NCBI GenBank assembly: GCA_964016885.1
Contig: OZ024741.1
Span: forward strand, 296,112,001-296,176,000
Reading direction: 5' to 3'
Origin: Eledone cirrhosa
Taxonomy: Eukaryota
DNA: 64,000 nt
In this document: positions 1 to 13,415 of the stretch, in pieces
Position numbering within the stretch: position 1 is the stretch's first letter
Layout: every line of letters begins with the position of its first letter
Translations under genes and position numbers: made by a program
Notes under the pieces: model-generated
Database searches by the model: none
What the model saw: the letters and a program-made list of their open reading frames with translations, nothing else
What the model was told of the DNA's origin: nothing

Positions 1-1440
1 GTTTTTGATATGAAATCGTGTGTCGAAACAAATATTGTTATACTTGGGGAGGGTCATATTTGTGTAATATTGCCAGAATTAATAACAGAACACACTCACT
101 GTTTGGTTGGTTTTCGCTTTTCGCTTCTGTGTCTTTTTTATCGGTTAATTTAATTTATTCGGTCCTGAATGTTGCCATTGACTTACCAACGGTCAAAAAT
201 ACAGATACAATATAGACACAAACACATATATATAGTCTATCAAAGTTCTTTCGTTGCACATCTGCAACATCGTCAGTGGTGCTATTGTTTCCTCCTGTTG
301 CATTGTATTTTCTACGCCATCTTTATTTAGTCTGTTTATATATTTATTTATTTTATTGTATTTTTTTTTGTCTTCTTTGCGCATGCATTTGCGCGTGTGT
401 ATAGTGTTTTGTTTGATGTGTGTTCGTGATTGGGTGACTGTGTATTGGTTAATGTATTCTATCTTTACTAGTGTGTGTTTATATGTGTTTGTTGTTATTG
501 TGCTTGTGTATGTATTTATTTATTTATCTATTTATTTATTTATTTATACTTCTCTTAGGTCAGTGTTGTTTGTTTTGGGTGTTATTGTTATTCCATTCAT
601 TTTTTCTGTTTAGTCTTGGCCTTCTAAGTTCTATTTCACTGGCCTCTCTGATTAGCCTATCTGCTGTGTCATTTCTATGTTTAGATATTATTCTAATTTC
701 TATGTTGTCTATGTTACCGTCGTGTTGTTGTCTGGCATGTTCGTATAGTACTGAACCGTCTTTTCGTCCTTTTAGTTCCCCCAGTGTTGGTCTATCCTTT
801 CACCTATGCTACGAGCTGTCTCGCCTATGTATGTTGTCATGTTTCTGCAAGTACCCTCTGTACATCTTATGCTATAGACTACGTTTCTAGTTTTACAATT
901 TATCCGGGGGTTTACTTTACATATTATACATTTCCTATTAGTACAGTGGGTTTTCTTAAAAGGGTAGGTTTTGCAGATCAGGGATTTGATGGTGGTTCCT
1001 GGCTTTTCTACCACCTTAATCTTTAAGTGGGTATTTCTCAGGGCCTTTCTACACTGGTTAGCTAATTTCCCTCCAGGGGTAGAGTCCACAAACATGACAC
1101 TCTGGCATCTCTGGTTGTCGTACCATGAGGTGGCTTTCCCTATCTTATGTCTAGCCCTATCTAAGCTATTCCATGATTTGCTCCTGTATAATGGGCAAAT
1201 TCCTTTCATGTCCAGTTCTATGAGGGTCTTATACTTTCCATAGCTCCTTCGTATACTCTGACTCTGTCTCTTTGGTTGTAGCCAGAGAACTGCATGCGGT
1301 TGATAAAGTGTTGGATGTGTCTTTCCATTTCTGTTGGGTCGCACATGCGGGACACGTTCTTCATCACTCGTACCAAGTCTGCGATCAGAATATTAAACTT
1401 AGCACTACTGGACATTGTTGAGTTTTTGTTTTTACCTGAT
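1..1440 (-). mobile_element. Penelope-like retroelement 3' fragment (Neptune-like): RT thumb + GIY-YIG endonuclease + 3' region, 5'-truncated and frameshifted
   Basis: ORF 1218-1415 (SAKFNILIADLVRVMKNVSR...FINRMQFSGY) is frameshifted into ORF 772-1344, which has a Cys-rich linker (CTNRKCIIC...C) and GIY-YIG motifs VVYSIRC...YIGETARSIGERIDQH. A hammerhead core lies downstream on the same strand. Confidence 0.8.
238..282 (-). ncRNA. Degenerate minimal type I hammerhead ribozyme in the PLE 3' region
   Basis: Minus strand reads CTGACGA-T-GTTGCA-GATG-TGCAAC-GAAA-GAAC-TT. Stem II is a perfect 6 bp; stem I is weak. Confidence 0.55.
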
Positions 1441-1510
1441 ACTCAAAGACTCAGCAGGCGGCGAGAAAGAGAGAGAAGAAGGAATAGAGGGAGAGTGATA
1501 CACTCACAGC

Positions 1511-1532
1511 TAGTAGTAGTAGTAGTAGTAGT

Positions 1533-1590
<58 letters not shown>
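1511..1590. repeat. (TAG)n/(CAG)n compound microsatellite
   Basis: Read directly from the sequence. Confidence 0.95.
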
Positions 1591-2220
1591 ATCGAGGTAA
1601 GATATGAATTTTATGAATATCGCTAGAAATGATGTCATGTGAAGAAATGTTTCCTTCTTGAATGAGTTCTCTATATATGGACATAACCACGCCCATATGA
1701 CATCATGTAGGAGTAACCCACAATAGGACATCAACTAATGGAAACGATGATTGTCAGTGATACCTAATTAACATAAATAATTCATGTCAAGAAGTCCTTG
1801 TGTCGCGTGACAGAAAGATGAACTAAAAATCTTGGCCAGTTGTTTGAAAGACACGGTTTCACTTCCCTCTAACAGCGCCCAGTGTTATAATTAGATGTCC
1901 CACTTAGTTTAAATAGTTTGTTATCGCAAAAGGCATTAACGCCACGGAATCACCTTTTCTTATATTCTGTTTTACATGAATAATTGTTACATATGCTCGT
2001 GTTTGTGTGTATATAGTTTTATGTGTATGTATATGCATGTATATGTTGATATCTTTGTGTGTGTATTCGAATATGTGTAAGTATATATAGGTCTTTTTTT
2101 TATCGATTAACAATATCCCACACCTCATTTGTTTAAAGAATGTGTTAGAACTCGTCAAATCGGACCAAGGAAACAATGTTTCTATTGGTCTTTCAATTAC
2201 TGATACTATCACCCCCCCCC

Positions 2221-2265
<45 letters not shown>

Positions 2266-2267
<2 letters not shown>

Positions 2268-2395
2268 GGCGTGTGGCTGAGTGGTTAGAGAATTGGATTC
2301 ACAATCTTGAGGTTGTGAGTTCGATTCCTGGACCAGGCGATGTGTTATGTCCTTGAGCAAGACACTTTATGTTCACGTTGCTCCTTCTACCTGGA
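2266..2395 (+). mobile_element. tRNA-derived SINE, 5' part
   Basis: A box TGGCTGAGTGG and B box GAGTTCGATTCC, followed by the core GTCCTTGAGCAAGACACTT. A homologous copy lies on - at about 33190-33325. Confidence 0.7.
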
Positions 2396-4084
2396 GTTGC
2401 GACCGATAGATAGTACTATCAACTGGAAAGACCAACAGAAACATTGTTTCCTCGGTCCGATTTGACGAAAGGTTCTGCTTTAGTCGCAGATTAATTAATG
2501 TCTTGTGAGTGAAATTTGGTTGACGAAATCTGTGCAGGAGTCTGTTGTATTGCTATGGATAGTTTAAACTGATCAATCACAGCCACACCAGTAGTCATGT
2601 GAGAACGCCAGACACTTGTGTTTCAGGGTGTTTGTCTACCTTTAGGTTCCCCTGTGAAGGCACATAGCTTTTGTGTTTAGGATGTTCAGCTTACTGTCTA
2701 AATGTCGTGAGTTCGATTCTTCCTTGTGCAAAACACTGGAAATAATTGTTTCAAAACACTGGAAATAATGTTGCTCCATTCTCTCAGCTGGAAAAATAAG
2801 TTCTACCCGTAATTCAATGAGGAAGCTTCGTGTCACACTACGAACTGTGTTAAGGGTACACGTGTCTGTCGAATGAGACCCCAAACATTTGAAAAATTCA
2901 TCGTAAAACATTATTTTGGCAGGAAGATGTCCCCACCCCACCCCGCCCGCTGAAGCACACCTAAGCACTATAGTAAATCACTATCAGCCACTTACGAGTT
3001 AGTTTCACAAGCAGGAAGTTCCGTTGATCATACAACTGAAACACTTCTCGTCGGAACTGATAGATGTCCAATAACAGCACACGTGTGTGTAGCTTTTCCT
3101 TCAAACGTGTTCTTTCAAAAGTTTTTTTAGCAGATGTGAATGCAGAGCCAGATTTAGATGTTGGGGTGCCCAGAGCATTTCCGGTTCGCCTCTGCACAAA
3201 AATGAAAATACATAAGAACCCTCCACTCCCAAAATTACATATCACACCTGTCTATTGCATGTAATTGGAATTAAAACTGACGGAGGCCCACATCCAACAC
3301 ATAGACTCCACTTTCCAGGTCACTAATTACCTGGATACAGGATATCAGCAATAATGACTTCCAGATACGCTATATCCTCTCCTTTGCCCCTCTAACTACT
3401 CTCGGGTCTCGAATAACCGTCCCTTCTCCAAAACTGCAGCAGATCTTTTGGTACCTTACCAAAAGGATCTCTACTAACTTTTCGGTATCTTTCTTTCGAA
3501 TGTTGAACCAGTACTCCCGGGGAGTATGTCAGCTCAGACTTATGCCTGCTACTGGTACCATGTAACTCAGTACAACCTGCTTCATAGTCAAATAATCGCT
3601 AACTAAGCCAGCTCTCCCACGAGAACCTAGTCTGGTGAGGAGGGGTAAGTGGAACCCAGCACCATAAAAAACAAGAGCTTTTAAAGGGTGGATGAACTCC
3701 TCAGAGCCAACGGCTATCCACCTCAACTATGGGTTAAATAGCCTCATAAACCTACAATTGGCCAAGCATAGTGAGTACAGTTACATCCCTGACATAACCA
3801 AAACCAAACAGAAAGCAGTAGAGGTCAACCAGGGAAGGGTTCTTCCAACAGGAGTGAGAAGGTCCTGGATTGGATTGGATTGGACTGGATTCCCGGGGAG
3901 GAAGCCTCCACGGAAAGCCTGTCTCTAATCGCAATGACCATGTCAGAAACATGTTTAAGCAGTTCAGGGACATGCTGAATGGTAATAAAGACCCCCTCCA
4001 CCGTCTCTCCTTTTTCTGGATCTTTCCAGCAGGAGAACAGTAAGGTACACACGCCTGCAGATCCAATCCAAAGCAAAGCTACCC

Positions 4085-4490
4085 GAACTGCTTTTGTGAT
4101 TGGTTTCTTTATGCTTTCTGGGGTAAAGAGTCCGAAAATATAGCAAAATCGGTCCGGGTCATTTACACATTTCCGGCGTTCCATCTCTCCCACTAGTCAA
4201 AGTTGTTGTGAATTATCCAAGAATAGCTGAGGATAGTTACAATTCTGTGATCTGAAACAAAAGCAGTAAGTATGAATTAGTTAACAACTAAATATAGTGG
4301 ATACAATTGGATGAAGTAACATCAGCCACATAGCTATGGGTCATAAACATGGATATGCTGGTTCTCGAAAACTAGACCCGATACAGCTTAACTGTTGTCA
4401 TATTCAGATTCTGCACACTTGATTACCCTAGAATCATACTAAATTATACTAGAACCATGAAATGGATATTTTTTTGTTGACTAGTGTTAT
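4085..4490 (-). mobile_element. DNA transposon left end with transposase N-terminus remnant (possibly Tc1/mariner superfamily)
   Basis: Peptide RRKCVNDPDRFCYIFG..FT...KPITKAVRVA resembles the Cys-rich N-terminus of a widespread invertebrate transposase family. The terminus reads TA|CACTAGTCAACAAAAA-like near 4490. Confidence 0.4.
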
Positions 4491-4712
4491 CAATAAAGTC
4501 AGTAACACACTCAAACTTCTGACCCCATAGATGTCCAGTCTCCTCACTCTCTATTTTCTACCGCTACTACAATGGCATCTGCTCCTCACAGTTAGCCGAT
4601 CTTGTGTCTCATCTCCTCTCCATGTTATAATCAAAGACCTGTTTTATCACTACGCCCTATCTTCCTCAACCTCAGAACGTTGACCCTTTGTAAAGCACAT
4701 CTACATATTTTT

Positions 4713-4783
<71 letters not shown>

Positions 4784-4814
4784 CATACATACATACATAC
4801 ATACATACATACAT

Positions 4815-4869
<55 letters not shown>

Positions 4870-4900
4870 CTCTGTATATACATATATCTATGTATATAGA

Positions 4901-4978
<78 letters not shown>

Positions 4979-5289
4979 TATGTATGTATGTATGTATATA
5001 TGTATGTATGTATTTATGCGAATGTATAATCCATACTTATAAACAATATGAAACACTACAACAGCACTACTACCAGCAACAATATAACTCCCACAACCAT
5101 CATCATCATCACCACCAACATCACTCCATTACGCTCTACAGTACTTCATCTCTTCCTTCTTCCCTAAATACCTCTCACTTCCATTCACTCCATCAACCAT
5201 TCATATTTTCCTCCTTCATTCACCTAATTCTTCCATCCATCATATTTTTGTGTGTGTCCGTGTGTTCGTTTTAACTTTCTGCGCTCTGA

Positions 5290-5332
<43 letters not shown>

Positions 5333-5367
5333 TATATATATATAAATAAATATATATATATAAATAA

Positions 5368-5406
<39 letters not shown>

Positions 5407-5547
5407 TATACATATATAAATATATACACATATATGTGTGTGCGTATGTGTATATATATATACATATATATACACACACACACACATATATATAAATATA
5501 AATATATATATGTGTGTGTGTGTGTGTATACATATACATACACACAC

Positions 5548-5585
<38 letters not shown>

Positions 5586-5692
5586 GTATTCTCTAGTTCA
5601 TGTGTGTGTATTCTCTCGGCATGTATATATGTGTGTGTGTGTGTGTGTGCTATTTGCATTTAATAATGTTCTTGTTTTTATTATTGTTACAA

Positions 5693-5754
<62 letters not shown>

Positions 5755-5755
5755 T
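4713..5755. repeat. Compound microsatellite block (TA, TACA, TG, TAG)
   Basis: Read directly from the sequence; explains the YIYI/VCVC/HTHT ORFs. Confidence 0.95.
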
Positions 5756-6182
5756 ACAGGAAGTGGTAATAGCGTAAAGTAATGAAAACAATGAAAACAG
5801 GTTATATACCAATCTCATACCCCCTCTTTCTCTCTGAGTATATATATATATATATACATAGAGAGAGCGAGAGAGAGAGATAGAGAGGGAAAGAGGGAGG
5901 GAGAGAGAGCTAATAGATAGATATATAGACAGTCAAATATAAATATATATTCATGTGTATGTGTAGATTGATAGATAGATAGATAGATAATAGGCAGATA
6001 GATAAATAAATGGTTAGATGGAAAAATAAGTAGATAGATAGATAGGTAGATAGATTTGTATCTACCTGTTCCGATTAAAAGAGTGTAGGAGGTGTGTATG
6101 TCTGTACCTGTGTGCCTGTTTGTGTGTGTGTGTGTGTGTATGCTGGATTCCGTGTAAGAATTTAAGATTGTGTTTGTGTATT

Positions 6183-6215
<33 letters not shown>

Positions 6216-7481
6216 AACTGTGCCAATGTGTGTGATAAAGAGACCGTAGTAGCGAGAGACGAAAAGAAAGAGAGGGGTAGAGGTTATGAGAGAAAGTAGA
6301 GAGAGAAAAAAGAGTAAGCGAGAAGATAATAGGAGAAATAGAGAGGATAGAATGACGACTGAGTAAGAGAAGAAAAGATTGAATGCGTTAACGTGATTTA
6401 ATAGCAACTCTCCTCCTCCTCCTCCTCCTCCTCCGTTCCCCCCAGTTGATATATTTCTTTTTCTTTGTCTTCTTCTCATCTCCTCTTTCTCTGACTTCCG
6501 TTTCAATGTACTGCCGTTACTCCCACCCTTTCTATTTCTCACTCTTTTCCTATGCCTTTCTCTCTCCCTCCCTTACACTCTTTTTTTCTCTTTCTTTTTC
6601 TTCAGTCGTACACTAACTATGATATAATATGACAGATATAGAGAGAAAAATAGAAGCCACAGAGAAAGATGTGAGGATAGAGAGAGCAAGAGAGAGAGAG
6701 TAAAAATCACAGTGATAGAGTCAAAGATGGACAGAGTGAAAGAGGAGAAGACAGAGAGAGAGAATAAAAGACAGAGAAAGAAGGGTAGACACAAAGAGAG
6801 AGAATGGGAGGTAGAGAAAGAGAATAAAAGACAGAAAGAGAGAACAAGTGAGAATAAAAGACAGAGGAAAGGGGAAGATAGAGAGAGAAGGAGTGCTGAA
6901 GCAGTGTAAAAAAACACACAGACACATCTATAACATGATAGAACACACAAGCACACACTATAGAGCACGTTTTCTGAAAAGTCTGGCGTGTGTTGTTAAT
7001 ATTACTTCAGCATTCGTGTTGTGGACTTGGAGCTGTGAGGAGTGAACATTTTTATTCTTTTAGTCTCGCTTGCTCGCCACCTCTCTCTCTCTCATTTTTC
7101 TACAGCAGCTCGCATATATATATATATACAGCATTACCACCACAACTTCTGCACGCAATTCGGAATTTAATGCTTGTTGTCTGCCAAGACCAAGTTTTAT
7201 ATATAAAAAAAACTATTTAGTCGCTACCTTTTTTCAAATTTTTATACATCTAAAATCAAGTTTAGCTTTCTTTACTCACACTCTCAAAGCTTGCTTTGAA
7301 AAATAAGAAACGAAAACATACATATATATATATACGTATATACACACGCATTTTGTATTTTACTCATTGTGAATTCTAAAAAAAAAAACAATTCCTTATA
7401 TCCTATTTGTGTTTAGGAGTTGACGAAAATTTAGTCAAGATTCATTTCCTTGTGAAGAATCCCTCCAAAACATTGTCCAAG

Positions 7482-7842
7482 ATGGACACAACAGTACACA
7501 TATCACCCCGAGATCTGTCCGAAATTATAACCAACAGTGAAAGTACCCTATTATTGGACTGTCGTCCTTTCCTCTCGTTCAACGAAGGCCATATTGTCAC
7601 CGCTCGTAACATTCACTGCCCACCAATCTTGAAACGCCGGTCCGGAGGTTTTATCTCGCTAGAGAACATTGTGCCGGACGAAACTAAGCGATTGCATTTG
7701 ACCAGTGGTCACTATACATCTGTTGTATTGTATGACCAGGACACAAACACATTAGCTGATGTCAGCAAGGATACAAATCTCTACTTGGTGTTTAAAAGTC
7801 TAAACCAACAAGTTCAAAATGTGGACATTTTTTACTTAAGTG
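7482..7842 (+). CDS. DUSP1: MAP kinase phosphatase (DUSP1/4/5-type), coding exon 1: rhodanese/CH2 domain with kinase-interaction motif
   Basis: ATG at 7482. Peptide LLLDCRPFLSFNEGHIVTARNIHCPPILKRRSGG...VVLYD...YLSG. Donor G|GTAAGT at 7843 (phase 1). Exact paralogue assignment is uncertain. Confidence 0.92.
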
Positions 7843-10566
7843 GTAAGTATATTTCTGTATTCTCTATTGTTTAGTGTTGTTATTTAGTCCCTGGTTCTTG
7901 ACTAAACTGGGCATTTCAGGTAGTTCAGCCGTGACCATTCCGGCTAGATTTTCTTTTTAAATATACAAGACTAATTTATTTTCTAATGTTTGACGATCAT
8001 GGCAAAACAGTCGTGATCAACACATTTTGGGTATAGGGGATAATCTAGAACTATATATTCTGTGTAATTTTAAGTGATTTGGCTGCTATTTCCAGCAAGT
8101 CAAGTGTAATGCTAAAAGAGTTGACTGCTATTTCTAACAAGTCAAGTGTAATTTTGAAAGATTTGGTTGCCATTTCTAGCAAGTTGAGATTTCATAGTTG
8201 ACTAGTGTGCGAGGTTGAGAGAGAGATGTTTTTTCTATTATTTCCTTTACAGTTTGTTTACTTCTGAGTTCGATCTCGCCGCGGTCAATTTTGTCTTTTA
8301 TCCCATCCAAGGATCAATAAAATAAAAACACAAGTGTTATCAATTATTATATCTTTCTTCTGATAATCTTCCTATTTAAACTATCGTTTGGGCATCGAAC
8401 GAAATACCTTGTTCTATTTGTTTTGGTTCTTTACGTTCTGAGTTCAAATTTCACCGAGGTTAATATTGTCGACTTTTATTTTATTTTTTTTTTCAATATA
8501 TTTTTCCGGGTTCGATAAAATAAAGTATTAATGAAGAACTCGGATCGATATAATCGCCTTATTGCCCCCCCCCTCAAAATTACTGGCCTTGTGCCTAGAT
8601 TTAAGTCATTACTATTATCATGTGGTGAGAAAAACATTGACGTAACTTGAAAAATATGAGGTTGGTTGACTTGGCTTCTTACTCGGTCATCTTTCCTTCC
8701 GGAGGTCACTGAGATATATAATTTATCAACTACTGAGGGGGCGGCTTTGATGGTAGCGGGGAGCCATCGATTCAATTCCATTCAATTTCATATAGCTGGT
8801 TCGTTCATTCACTTTAAATTTATTGGCGGCCATATCCGACTCTATTATATATGAATACCGTATTGAAATTTTTTTTTTCTTTCTCCCCGCTCTCACACAC
8901 ATGTGTCTTTCTAATAGTTCATAAAATACCAGTTGCATGCCAGGGGTTAAGATGGAATGCGGTCCTTATCCATCCTTCCTTAAATTTTCTAAGTCTTTCT
9001 TGCTGTATTTATATTGGAAGCTATCTTTATTGTATAGTCATTCATCTTGTTTGTGTGTATAATGTATATGTGAACGTGCATGTGTAAATATGTGTTGATG
9101 TGGGCGAGAGAATATATGTATATATACGTGTGTGTGGAGTGTGTGATGTCGGCAGTGGAGGAGGGTGACAAAGTAAACACACCTTGTGTTTTAGTGATGC
9201 AGATTGCTGTATGTGTGTGTGTGAAATGGAATCTTGGGGAAAGAAACACTTTTGACTATGAAAAAAATAATAATACATTAGACTAGAATTTATTGTGTGT
9301 GTGTGTATATTATGTTATATACACTATGTAATATCACAGCCATGTACTTGTATTGGTGTGTTCTGTTTATATACACTATATAGATTAGATATGTGGTACA
9401 TATTATATAACATTCACTTAGCTAGATTATATATATTCACGTGTGTATATTTATAATTATACAATCATATATATTATATATAATATACGATTTTAAGATA
9501 AACATTTAATCTGTTGAATTTTGAGTTGAAAATTCCGAAACATTGATAATGATGATGTTTGTGGCGCTGATGATGATAATGAGGGGGCGTGTGGGTTTCA
9601 GGAAGTAAAGTGATGGTGGAGGTGGTTGTGCTAGAGGAAACGGGAAGCTGAGATATTATTGAGAATTATGTTAGGAAGTACTGCTGATGATGGTGGCGGT
9701 GGCGGCGCCGTGGTTATTACTATATACATACTGTGTTGGTTCTCTGGCGAGGAATTTTATCTAGCTTTCTGCTTCTTCCGGTGGTGAACGCTGCTTGTCT
9801 AATGTGTGTGTGTGTGTGTGTATTTGTTGACATGGTTAGTGTGTAATAATGATGGTGGTGCTGTGTAGGTGTGCGTGACTGTAAGTTTGTGTGTATTTGT
9901 GGTGGCGGTAGTTATGTGTGTATGGTAGTGATAGTTCAGAATAACTTTCGATAAGAATGTATTTTCCTTTACAATTATTGTGATGGGTGGATAGTGGGAT
10001 GGTGGTAGGAAGGGCACGCATATATGATCGATAATATCGACCATTTTAAAATCTGGCTAGACAACACTTGTCCTTAAATTTTTGGGTCGGGCGCATTTCT
10101 TCTAAACAAGGGGATATAAGAGGAAGACTTAACTGGTTCTTCTTTATTTATCGTCCTCGAATGGTTGTAAGGCAAATTTAACTGACCTTGGTGGGATTTG
10201 AACTCTGATCGTTAAAGTTCGAATGGACCTCTAAAAGAAACTAGTCGTTTAGTGAATGAATGTATTTATTTTGTAATGCCAACTTCTATTAATAAACATT
10301 AAATATTCAGCGCTCATATATATTACACACATATGTATAATACATAAAAATGAATAAACACACCCACACACCACACACACCACACACACCACACACTATG
10401 TATGTATGTATGTATGTATGTATGTATGTGTATATATATATATATAATTAAACGTCTTTGATCAACTGATATATCGAAGCAACAAATAGGTAGAAAACAA
10501 GGGAGAGAATTTCAAATAGAATCAGTTGATCGAAAGATTTTGCTATTATAGGCAATGCGAGTTGGA

Positions 10567-10634
<68 letters not shown>

Positions 10635-11196
10635 CCTGACGACTGAGAGTACCCAAGAAATCTCCGTGTAACAAGACTTGAGCTTGGCTTTCATAAAGGT
10701 TTAATTTCTACTATGGTATTGAGTACTCTTTCTCGCAACCAATGACAAATTTCACAGGGAATCGAGAATCTAATCTAAAGCATAAATACCAGGTATTTGG
10801 GGGGGGGGGGGTATTTAGATTTTTTTTTTTTTTTTTTTTTTTTTCTATAAAATATAAAGATGTATTAGTGAATACAATCACTCTTTCGTTGAGAAGGATT
10901 TTTAGTTGAAAAACCACCACCACAACTACTATGTTACTGCTGCTGTTACTAATACTACTGTTGCTGCTGCTACTAGCCCCATTAAGAAGTGATTGTTATG
11001 TGTGTATATCACATTAATGGTAGAATCTCGGTCAAGCACATGAAAATCCCCGCGTGAACTACACAGACCTCTACGCTTTATTGAAAACAAAAGCCAAGCC
11101 GAGCTACCTGTCTCTGTCTATCCAGTTTAGTTAACTAGCAGTGTCGCGCTCTCTCCCTCCCTCCTCGTATGTATGTATATATATATATATATATTG

Positions 11197-11373
11197 CGAC
11201 TAGATATTCCCTTACCTTTATACATGCATGTGTGTGTGTATATATATATAATATATATTTATTAACGACTAGATATTCCCTTACCTTTATACATGCATGT
11301 GTGTGTGTATATATATATAATATATATTTATTAACGACTAGATATTCCCTTACCTTTATACATGCGTGTGTGC

Positions 11374-11411
<38 letters not shown>

Positions 11412-11455
11412 TTTATTAGCGACTAGATATTCCCTTACCTTTACACATGCATGTA

Positions 11456-11498
<43 letters not shown>

Positions 11499-11545
11499 TA
11501 GCGATTAGATATTCCCTTACCTTTACAAATGCATGTACGTGTGTA
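11197..11545. repeat. Minisatellite, 5 copies of a ~70-85 bp unit with an embedded TG/TA microsatellite
   Basis: CGACTAGATATTCCCTTACCTTTA[T/C]ACATGC recurs at about 11198, 11267, 11336, 11420 and 11501. Confidence 0.9.
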
Positions 11546-11641
11546 TATGGTCGAGATCGGGCAAACCACTAATCATGGGAGTACTCAATGCATGGGGAGA
11601 AGCAGAGTGAATGTAGAGATAGGTAAAATACTGATTTTTAC

Positions 11642-11677
<36 letters not shown>

Positions 11678-11902
11678 GTGTGTGTGTGTATGATGGAATG
11701 TAGCATCGCAATAAAACGATAGAAAGCCGTAATAGTTTAATTTGATCGGTAAAGACCGGAATCTAAATATTCAACTCATTCTAGCTCAACCTTTCACTGT
11801 TCCGATTAAGTTGAATGAACGGGAAATCTGTACTGACTTACATACAACATTGAATAAACAAATGTATTTATTTATGTAGTCACACATCTCTCTCTCTCTC
11901 CC

Positions 11903-11950
<48 letters not shown>

Positions 11951-12033
11951 GAAAAATGGCGAGCTGTGTTGTTGCAAATATGATATATATAATAAAGAAT
12001 TAGAAATAGAAGCCAGGACTATCCATCATCAGT

Positions 12034-12182
12034 GTTATATTTGGGGAGGGTCATATTGTTTATAATATTGCTAGAAATAAAACACACTCACTGTTTGCTT
12101 TGGAAAACCAATCCAAACCAAAACTGAGTGTTTTATTATTTCTGGCAATATTATAAACAATATGACCCTCCCCAAATATAAC
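12034..12182. mobile_element. Palindromic remnant of the 3' end of the PLE family seen at 1-120
   Basis: Arms 12034-12090 and 12125-12182 are reverse complements and match 38-100 (GTTATA.TTGGGGAGGGTCATATT). Confidence 0.8.
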
Positions 12183-12216
12183 AATATTTCATATAAAAAA
12201 CCTTGCAAAACAAATT

Positions 12217-12657
12217 TGTATGTATGTATGTATGTATGTATGTATGTATGTATGTATGTATGTATGTATGTATGTATGTATGTATGTATGTATGTATGTA
12301 TGTATGTATGTATGTATGTATGTATGTATGTATGTATGTATGTATGTATGTATGTATGTATGTATGTATGTATGTATGTATGTATGTATGTATGTATGTA
12401 TGTATGTATGTATGTATGTATGTATGTATGTATGTATGTATGTATGTATGTATGTATGTATGTATGTATGTATGTATGTATGTATGTATGTATGTATGTA
12501 TGTATGTATGTATGTATGTATGTATGTATGTATGTATGTATGTATGTATGTATGTATGTATGTATGTATGTATGTATGTATGTATGTATGTATGTATGTA
12601 TGTATGTATGTATGTATGTATGTATGTATGTATGTATGTATGTATGTATGTATGTAT
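12217..12657. repeat. (TATG)n microsatellite, ~110 units
   Basis: Read directly from the sequence. Confidence 0.98.
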
Positions 12658-13227
12658 AATTTTATTCTGTGGCAACGTTCCTACGATAGTAAATTTTCTT
12701 TGGACATTAAAAACATTTTACATGACAAAAATAAAGTACATTTGTTAGAAATCCCAAACGTAATAAGATAAATAAGATGGGTTATGGTCTCAATATGTAA
12801 ACTAAACTATTAATTCTGGTTTTTTAAAAACATCGAGACGACCAAGAAAAATTACAGATTTTCATAAGCCCCCCCCCCCCCCCCCCCCCCCCCATTACTT
12901 AAGACCCGAGAGTACCTCCAGTGTGACTGCCATTATTTTTCCGCCATTGTAAAACTACATCATAACCTATTTATAGTATATTACAGCTACTAAGCCTCCT
13001 CCATTTATTCATCACCATTTTCCTCCTCATCCTTCTTCCTCATTTCTCACTTCTCCTCCTTTGCCGTTGTTGCTCTTGCTGCTACTGTTGTTTATTTGAA
13101 CAGCTGAGTGGGCGACTTGGCTTACAGATTTGTTTTCTTTTGGTTTTTTTTTTTCTTTTTCATTTTATTTTAGTTTTTCTCATTAACAAATGTTATATAT
13201 ATATATATATATATGTGTATGTGTGTG

Positions 13228-13415
13228 TAATTTTCTACTTTTGGCACAAGGCCAGCAATTACCAGTACATTACTGGTACTTTATTTTATCGACCCGTAAC
13301 GATGAAAGGCAAAGTTAACCTCGGCGGGATTTGAACTCGGACTGGCAAGGACGGTAACTCTATGCTGCAGAGCATGGTGTCTGGCCCTCTACCGATACTG
13401 CCAATCCACCGCCAT
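13228..13415 (-). mobile_element. tRNA-derived SINE with Deu/Nin-like core
   Basis: Reverse complement of the copy at 47956-48150. B box GAGTTCAAATCC; core GCCTTTCATC...GGGTCGATAAAATAAAGTACC. Confidence 0.8.

Noticed and set aside
2266-2340. tRNA-like sequence (also 46389-46460 and 47956-48050)
   Set aside because: These are SINE heads: no proper acceptor stem, and they continue into repeat cores.
4602-5769. Long YIYI/VCVC/HTHT ORFs (also 12151-12771, 22920-23612, 45813-46394, 63061-63655)
   Set aside because: They are translations of microsatellites with no domain content or splice support.
7407-7481. Upstream extension of the DUSP ORF from TTG 7407
   Set aside because: Non-ATG start that crosses a probable splice acceptor. 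ATG 7482 fits the domain boundary.
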